In this document: positions 58,257 through 64,000 of the stretch, piece by piece
Layout of the letters: the number at the start of each line of letters is the position of its first letter
How positions within the stretch are numbered: the first letter of the stretch is position 1
Assembly (NCBI GenBank): GCA_963813155.1
Contig: CAWEYG010000002.1
Coordinates: forward strand, 96,001 to 160,000
Length of the DNA: 64,000 nt
Direction of reading: 5' to 3'
DNA from: an uncultured Acidobacteriota bacterium
GTDB taxonomy: Bacteria > Acidobacteriota > Thermoanaerobaculia > UBA5066 > DATFVB01
The notes under the pieces: model-generated
Databases searched by the model: none
What the model was told of the DNA's origin: nothing
Seen by the model: the letters and a program-made list of their open reading frames with translations, nothing else
Position numbers and translations under genes: made by a program

Positions 58257-58880
58257 CCAGGCCGACAGCTCCTCCGGGTGGAACCCGAAGGGACCGAGCT
58301 TGCCCTTGTACGCGACGCGCCCCCCCTCGTCGACAACGTAGATTCGCTCCGGCCAGCCGCCGTAGAGAAAGTCGGCGCGGTTGTCCATCGTGTCGGAAGC
58401 GAGGGGCAGCGTGTAGCGGAACCTTCCGATGAAATCGCGCGCGATCGCGAGGCGCTGATCGAGCGTGTGCGGCTGCGGGTAGCAGACGCTCTGTTCGTCG
58501 TTTTCGGGCATCTTCCACTCGTCGATCGGATGGGCCTCGCGGATGTAGACGGTGAGGAACTCGGCGCGTTCCCCGTACTTCTCGTAGATTTTCGCGATTC
58601 GCCCGACCGAGCGCCGGAACGGCGGTCAGGTGAAGCTGCCGAAGACGAGGACGAGAGGCTTTCTGCCGATGTGATCCGAGATGCGGGTCGTGCCCGACCC
58701 GTCCGGCAGCCGCAGAACGGCGTCGGGAGCGCGGTCCCCGACTTTCAGAGAGCCTTCCCGGCGCGTGTCGTAGCGCAGCATGCCGAGGATGTTCCTCGGC
58801 CCGATCTGCCAGGCCGCGAACGCCGTGAAGGCGACGATCCCGAGGCCGAGGACCGCGAGACCGCGCTTGACGAATTTCAT
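58212..58880 (-). CDS. Iodothyronine deiodinase-like selenoprotein (Sec at the in-frame TGA, 58626-58628)
   Basis: N-terminal TM, GDRAPD, PLVLVFGSFT-U-PPF, VYIREAHPIDEW, DTMDN...YGGWPERIYVV, YKGKLGPFGFHPEEL. Both halves are in the same frame across a single TGA. Confidence 0.92.
58600..58625 (-). promoter_or_regulatory. Candidate bacterial SECIS hairpin
   Basis: mRNA after UGA: CCGCCGUUCCGG-CGCUC-GGUC-GGGCG. 5-bp stem with a G-first apical loop 17 nt after the UGA. Confidence 0.55.
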
Positions 58881-58940
58881 CGCCGAAGATTGTAACCGCA
58901 GATCCGGGGCTTCGCTCCGCCGACGGCACACATCGAAGCC

Positions 58941-59007
58941 ACCCTCCAAATTCCCTCTCCCGGCGGGAGAGGGTGGCGGGCGACGCCCGCCGGGTGAGGG
59001 GGAGGGT
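58941..59007. repeat. REP-like nested palindromes
   Basis: ACCCTCC...CCCTCTCCCGGCGGGAGAGGG-T-GGCGGGCGACGCCCGCC-GGGTGAGGG-GGAGGGT. Confidence 0.6.
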
Positions 59008-59213
59008 CCCCACGCGGGTCTTCGGTGTCTCCTTCGAGGAGACGCAGCGCGCACCTCGGTGGCATCCATTTCGCGCGCTCCTCGGGCGGATTTTTTCGCG
59101 AGTGCACATCCCGTAGGTTCTGGCGGATACCGGCGAAAAAATCTACGCTCCTCTCGGGAGACACCTGTGACCCGCGTCAGGACCCGCGCCAGGAAATGCT
59201 TTAAGCTTTCGAG

Positions 59214-59942
59214 GTGAACCTCAAGTTCTTCGGCACGAAAGGGTATGTCGAGGAGCACTCTCCGACGCACTTCGGCCACTCGGCCTTCTCGGTCGCGACT
59301 CGCGGCTTTCGGCTGCTCTTCGATTTCGGCCAGAACCGGAAAGGCCTGCTCCGAGAGATCCGGCCCGATGCCATCTACGTCTCGCACGCCCATCCCGACC
59401 ACGCCTGGGGCCTCGAGGAAGGAACGGAGGCTCCGGTCTACGCCTCGGGCGCGACGCACGAGATCCTGAAGAATCTTCCGATCGCGCGCCGGATCGTCCT
59501 GAATCCCGGTGAACCGGCAAAAGCGGGACCGTTTCGCCTGACGGCGTTCCCGGTCGCTCACTCCGTTCGGTGTCCCTGCGCGGCCGTGCGGATCGGAGCG
59601 GGAAAGAAGGTCTTCGTCTATTCCGGCGACATCGTTTCTTTCGAGAAGCCGGAAAGCGCGCTCGCCGGGGCGGAGCTCTATGTCGGGGACGGATCGACCC
59701 TGCGGGGTTCGCTCGTGCGGCGCCACAAGAGCGGAGCGTTGATCGGCCACACGACCATTCGCGCGCAGTTGGGATGGCTTGCGAAGGCGGGAGTCGCGCG
59801 CGCGATCTTTTCGCATTTCGGGAAAGATCCGATCGAGATGGGGGACGAGCAGCTGAACAGCGAGCTCGCGGCGCTGGCGGCCGAGAAAGCGCCGGACTGC
59901 CGCGTCGAGGCCGCGACGGACGGCGCGGAATTCGAGATCTAG
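59214..59942 (+). CDS. MBL-fold metallo-hydrolase
   Basis: FFGTKG, LLFDFG, SHAHPDHAWG, VAHS, VYSGD, GHTT, FSHF. Confidence 0.88.
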   Translation: MNLKFFGTKGYVEEHSPTHFGHSAFSVATRGFRLLFDFGQNRKGLLREIRPDAIYVSHAHPDHAWGLEEGTEAPVYASGATHEILKNLPIARRIVLNPGEPAKAGPFRLTAFPVAHSVRCPCAAVRIGAGKKVFVYSGDIVSFEKPESALAGAELYVGDGSTLRGSLVRRHKSGALIGHTTIRAQLGWLAKAGVARAIFSHFGKDPIEMGDEQLNSELAALAAEKAPDCRVEAATDGAEFEI

Positions 59943-59955
59943 TCGAAGGGAAGCT

Positions 59956-60879
59956 TCACAGGTAGCTCTCGAGCCGGACCCGCCCGCGCGACGCGAGCAG
60001 GGGCTTCCAGAGATCGCCGAGGCGCCGGAGCCGGTCCGGCACGTTGTCGACCCGGAAGTCCTCGATCTCGACTCCCCTCTCCAGCTCTTTCCAGGAGACG
60101 GGAGCCGAAACGCAGGCCCGGGGATGCGGCCGGACGGAATAAATCGACGCGAGCGTGCGGCCCCAGGCGTTCTGGTTGTAGTCGATGAGGACTCGCTTCG
60201 ACGGCCGCTTCGCAATGCGGTACTCCGCCGTCGCGAGGCGCGGGGCGAGGGTCGCGAGCCGTTGGGCGAGGTCCTTCGCGAAAGCCCAGACCTGTTTCTG
60301 CGTCGGCCCCCGAACGATCGGAACGTAGACGTGGATGCCTTTCGAGCCGGTCGTCTTCGCGAAGCTCTTCATCCGAAGCCGGTCGAGCTGGTCGCGGACG
60401 AGAAGCGCGGTCTCTCGCACCTGCGCGAAGGTCGCGCCGCGGAAGGGGTCGAGGTCGAAGTGGAGATAGTCGGGAAGGTTCACCTCGTCGCACCGCGAGT
60501 ACCACGGGTTCAGGTCGATGCAGCCGAGATTGACGACCCAGAGCAGCGAAGCCAGGTCCTGGATCATCGGAAACCGAATGACGCTGCCCGAGGCGTGCCG
60601 GATCGAGCACGTCTCGATCCACTCCGGTCGGGGCTCGGGCGCCCGCTTCATGAAGAAGAACGCTCCCGACGCCCCGTGCGGATATCGCTTCATCACCATC
60701 GCGCGGCCGCGCAAGTGCGGCAGGAGCCAGGGAGAGACATCCGAGTAGTACCGAAGGAGGTTTCCCTTCGAAATGCCGGACTCCGGCCAGTAGAGCTTGC
60801 CGAGATTCGTCAGGGACACGGCCTTTCCGTCGACGGAGATCGTCGCCCCGCCCTCCGGGGACGCGCCGGATCGCTTCAT
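59956..60879 (-). CDS. ligD: Stand-alone LigD polymerase/primase domain (PolDom)
   Basis: LTNLGKLYWP, KRYPHG, FFMKRAP, FDLDP, KTTGSKGIHV, IDYNQN, TLASIYSVRP. No ligase or phosphoesterase domain. Confidence 0.85.
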   Translation of the reverse strand: MKRSGASPEGGATISVDGKAVSLTNLGKLYWPESGISKGNLLRYYSDVSPWLLPHLRGRAMVMKRYPHGASGAFFFMKRAPEPRPEWIETCSIRHASGSVIRFPMIQDLASLLWVVNLGCIDLNPWYSRCDEVNLPDYLHFDLDPFRGATFAQVRETALLVRDQLDRLRMKSFAKTTGSKGIHVYVPIVRGPTQKQVWAFAKDLAQRLATLAPRLATAEYRIAKRPSKRVLIDYNQNAWGRTLASIYSVRPHPRACVSAPVSWKELERGVEIEDFRVDNVPDRLRRLGDLWKPLLASRGRVRLESYL

Positions 60880-62033
60880 CGCGCGGCGCCCCGGATCTCG
60901 CGCTCCAGCTCCGGAGTCGGCTCGAGGCCGAGGCTCTTCGCGCGTTCGAGCTCGCGCAGCGCTCCCGCCGCGTCGCCTGACCGCAGGAGGGCGAGCGCGA
61001 GGTCCTGCCTCGCGAACGCGTCGTCCGGGTTCCGCTCCACGGCCTCGCTCCAGGCGCTTGCCGCGGACGCGTAGTCGCCTTCGCGAAGGGCGAGATCCGC
61101 CCAGCCGCGGAGCAGGTCGTCCGGCAGCGGCGAAAGGGGTGCGCAGAGACACGCCGCTTCCAACGGGTTCGCCGACTCGATAGCGAGGGCGCACGGGAGA
61201 AGGGCGTCGGCCTCGGCCAGCCGCGCGAGCGACTCGGCAGCCGACGACTCCGCGGCGGCGAGCTCCGGAGTCCATTCGCCGCGGCCTCGCGCTTCCGCGA
61301 TCTCGCGGTGGGCCTCCTCTTCCCGGCCGAGGAGCGCGAGGACCCGAACGAGCATCGTGGACCGGTCCCTCTCGTTCGCGGGAACGCCGCGGTCGTCCAT
61401 CGCCGCGAGGGCGCGGCCGTATTCCTCCCATTTCTCCGCCGGGACGGGAACGGGCTCGTCGAAGAAGCTCCTCTCCCGGAGGATCCCGACGAGCTTCCGC
61501 GAACCGGCGTCGAAGTCGCCCCGGCCCGCCTCCGGGTGCATCGGCGAGGAGAGGTCGCCGACGTGCACCGCCCCGAACACGTGGCCGAGCTCGTGCTCGA
61601 GAATCGCGCGAGGGCCGGGGAAACGCGTCGCGTCGCCGACGAAGATCGCGCTCACACCCCGGCGAAAGTCGGTGAGCCCGCGCCGAATCCCGGTTCCCGG
61701 CACCGCGAGCAGGAGGATTCGGCCGTTCCCGGCCCCTCGGGAAAGCCGGGCGAGGGTCGAACGGGTGACCGGGGCGCCCCTCTCGAACTCCGGAGCCGGC
61801 GCGCAATCCGATCCGGTGAAGCGAATTCCAAATTCCCGCTCGAAGTCTCGCGAAGCCTGGGCCAGGGCGGCCCGCACGACCGCGCACGGCTGCGTCGGTT
61901 TCCGGGTCCCGGCGATGAAGACGTCAACCCCCACGGTTCGGATTCCGTCCGTGGCGCCGGTTGCGACGGACGCCGAGGCGCAGTAGCCTCCCAGAAACGC
62001 GATGGCGATCGTCAAGAGTCCGCGCGCGCTCAT
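60876..62033 (-). CDS. Secreted metzincin-type Zn metalloprotease with C-terminal TPRs
   Basis: Signal peptide, HELGHVFGAVH plus Met-turn SSPMHP, then TPR-like helices (GDYASAASAWSEAVERNPDD). Confidence 0.7.
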   Translation of the reverse strand: MSARGLLTIAIAFLGGYCASASVATGATDGIRTVGVDVFIAGTRKPTQPCAVVRAALAQASRDFEREFGIRFTGSDCAPAPEFERGAPVTRSTLARLSRGAGNGRILLLAVPGTGIRRGLTDFRRGVSAIFVGDATRFPGPRAILEHELGHVFGAVHVGDLSSPMHPEAGRGDFDAGSRKLVGILRERSFFDEPVPVPAEKWEEYGRALAAMDDRGVPANERDRSTMLVRVLALLGREEEAHREIAEARGRGEWTPELAAAESSAAESLARLAEADALLPCALAIESANPLEAACLCAPLSPLPDDLLRGWADLALREGDYASAASAWSEAVERNPDDAFARQDLALALLRSGDAAGALRELERAKSLGLEPTPELEREIRGAAR

Positions 62034-62070
62034 CCACGGCCATTTTAGGCCGCCTCCGGCCGGCCGGGCG

Positions 62071-62910
62071 ATGCCTCTCGTCTTCCTGCTCTTCTTCCTG
62101 TTCTTCCTCCTGTTCTTCTGGGCCGCGCCCGGCGTCGCCGGAACCCAGCCCGTTCCCCCGGGGGTTCTCGACTTCTCCCGCGCGCTGCCCCGCCTTTTCG
62201 ACGATCTCGGAAACACGGTCGCCCGCGAGGAAATGGTGCAGCAGCTCTACCGGCGCGGCCGGCTCGCCGACCGCAGAGTTCTCGTCTCCGACTACCAGGT
62301 CGCCCACCTGGACTCGGATCCCTCGGCGCTCTGGGAGTTCCGGTTCGTCCGGATGGTCGACGGGCGCAAAGTGCGCGACTTCGACCGCCGAATCTCCGAC
62401 TTCTTTCTTCTGCGCAACGCGAGCGCCCGGGAGGAGCGCATTCGGCTCACGCGGCTCGCGTTCGACCAGTCCCTCCCCTTCTGCTACTGGCACAACCTGA
62501 CCCTCGCGCTCGAGGCGTTCGGCGAAGGGCTGCTGTCCGACTTCGACTGGCGCGCGACGTCGGAAGGCGCGAAATTCCGCCAGGTGCGCGGCCTCGGCCT
62601 CCCGGAGGATTTTTTCGATCCGCGCTCCCCGCGGCGCTATCCCAGCGGGGAGATCCGGCTCGCCGGAGAACGGCACGAGATTTCGCGGCTGACGCTCGAA
62701 TTCCCCTTCCAGGGCGATCTCGTCCGCGCGACGCTCCGCTTCGCGCCGGTCGAGGCGCCCTCGGGCGCGGTCCTGCCGCGGGAGTACGAGGTCATCCGCT
62801 TCCGGCGGCAATCGGGAGAGGTCGTGACGCGAACGACGTTTCGCTACTCCGAGTTTCGCCGGTTTTCCGTCGAGACGAGGGAAAACGCCGGGAATTCCCC
62901 CGAAAAGTAG
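62071..62910 (+). CDS. Secreted hypothetical protein
   Basis: Phe/Leu-rich signal peptide. Beta-rich body ending TRTTFRYSEFRRFSVET. Confidence 0.6.
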   Translation: MPLVFLLFFLFFLLFFWAAPGVAGTQPVPPGVLDFSRALPRLFDDLGNTVAREEMVQQLYRRGRLADRRVLVSDYQVAHLDSDPSALWEFRFVRMVDGRKVRDFDRRISDFFLLRNASAREERIRLTRLAFDQSLPFCYWHNLTLALEAFGEGLLSDFDWRATSEGAKFRQVRGLGLPEDFFDPRSPRRYPSGEIRLAGERHEISRLTLEFPFQGDLVRATLRFAPVEAPSGAVLPREYEVIRFRRQSGEVVTRTTFRYSEFRRFSVETRENAGNSPEK

Positions 62911-63026
62911 CCTCCGGCCCGCGGAAAGCCTGGAACTTTCCGGTTCGGCCTCCGTATGTGCTGGATGAACGGCGGCCGAGTTTCCGGAGCGCTCGAGTGC
63001 CGCTTCTTGAACAAAAGGATGGCGTC

Positions 63027-64000
63027 ATGAAGAAACGATGGATCTGGATCGGTTTGGTCGCGGTGCTGGCGGCGGGCGGGCTCCTGGCGGCGAGGAATCG
63101 CGGCAAAGGGGACCCGAAGGAAGAGAACAGCCCGTTCCGCCTCGGGAAAGTTCAGACCGAGGACCTGCAGGTGAGCGTCCGCGAAGTCGGAGTCGTCGAT
63201 CCCGTCACGAAGGTCGACGTCAAGTCCGCGGTTTCCGGACGGGTCGTCGCGATCCGCGTCCGCGAAGGCGACCGGGTGCGAGTCGGCGACATGCTCGCGG
63301 AAGTCGAGCCGGACGTCAACCAGGCCCAGTCGCTCTCCGACGTGCAGGCCGGGGTCACCGAGGCGAAGCTCCGGCTCGAAGACGCCCAGCGGGAATTCGC
63401 GAACCAGAAAGCTCTTTTCGACAACGGCCTCATCGGCGCCGACGCGATGAAGTCGGTCCTGAACAAACGCCAGATCGCCGAAGAACAATTGCGGGCCGCG
63501 AGTACGCGCTACCAGATCGTCGAGGCCCGCGGCATTCCGATCTCGGGCGACGCGTCTTCGCAGAAGGCGAGGGTCGCGAGCCCGATGAACGGCGTCGTCA
63601 TCAAGAAGGGAATCGAGATCGGGCAGACGGTCACGTCGGGAGTTTCCTCGTTCAGCGACGGCACGGTCCTGTTCACGGTCGCGGACCTGAAGTCCCTGAT
63701 CGTCCGCGTCAACCTGAACGAGGTCGACATCGCGAAGGTCACGGTCGGCGAGCCCGTGCGGATCACGCTCGACGCGTATCCCCAGAAGGTCTTCACCGGC
63801 CGGGTCCGGTTCGTCGCTCCGGCCGCGAAGCTCGTCGAAAAGATCAAGGTCTTTGAAATCGAGATCGCGCTCGACCGGCTCGAGGACTCCTTCCGGACCG
63901 GCATGAGCGCGAACGTCGAGATCCTCGGCGAGAAACGCCATGCCGCGATCTCGATCCCGCTCGAAGCGCTCCAGCGCCGCGACGGCGAGACCGTCGCTTA
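63027..64000 (+). CDS. Efflux RND/ABC periplasmic adaptor subunit (MacA-like), 3' end outside the window
   Basis: MKKRWIWIG TM, VDVKSAVSGRV..VREGDRVRVGD, ASPMNGVV, NEVDIAKV, TLDAYP, RTGMSANVEI, IPLEAL. Confidence 0.9.
   Translation, partial: MKKRWIWIGLVAVLAAGGLLAARNRGKGDPKEENSPFRLGKVQTEDLQVSVREVGVVDPVTKVDVKSAVSGRVVAIRVREGDRVRVGDMLAEVEPDVNQAQSLSDVQAGVTEAKLRLEDAQREFANQKALFDNGLIGADAMKSVLNKRQIAEEQLRAASTRYQIVEARGIPISGDASSQKARVASPMNGVVIKKGIEIGQTVTSGVSSFSDGTVLFTVADLKSLIVRVNLNEVDIAKVTVGEPVRITLDAYPQKVFTGRVRFVAPAAKLVEKIKVFEIEIALDRLEDSFRTGMSANVEILGEKRHAAISIPLEALQRRDGETVA

Noticed and set aside
58626-58628. Nonsense mutation or pseudogene reading of the deiodinase-like gene
   Set aside because: The TGA falls exactly at the catalytic Sec column, both halves are intact and in frame, and all other lesions in the window are indels.
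1-64000. CRISPR array, tRNA/rRNA genes, transposase/integrase, prophage
   Set aside because: No regularly spaced repeat-spacer units, cloverleaf or rRNA signatures, or recombinase motifs were recognised by eye. Repeats found are dispersed two-copy or REP-like.

Overview
High-GC bacterial chromosomal DNA. Gene content (tandem Hanks-type kinases starting MTLAAGTKLGPYE, DUF2911, DUF885) suggests Acidobacteriota, possibly Thermoanaerobaculia; this is inference only. About 55 genes. In order: secreted hypothetical proteins; a Spy/CpxP-like gene coupled to a membrane PAS-GAF-GGDEF-EAL protein; five Ser/Thr kinases interrupted by an opposite-strand 4.3 kb cassette bounded by inverted 110-bp hairpin repeats; etfBA; the yceD-rpmF-plsX-fabH-fabD-fabG-acpP-fabF cluster, split by a 4-hydroxyproline catabolic operon flanked by 60-bp direct repeats; a glycosyltransferase/wcaJ cluster; pepP; a RluA-family gene; a stand-alone LigD polymerase domain; and the start of a MacA-like gene. 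The strongest hidden signal is an iodothyronine-deiodinase-like selenoprotein (58212-58880, minus strand, FGSFT-UGA-PPF, candidate bacterial SECIS), which the ORF track splits in two. Many genes have a TANNNT box 5-11 nt before the start codon with no Shine-Dalgarno (SD), suggesting leaderless mRNAs. Eleven apparent +1 frameshifts, including in fabG and etfA, are most likely sequencing errors. No rRNA, tRNA, CRISPR array or transposase was recognised. Domain calls come from motif recognition by eye, not database searches.
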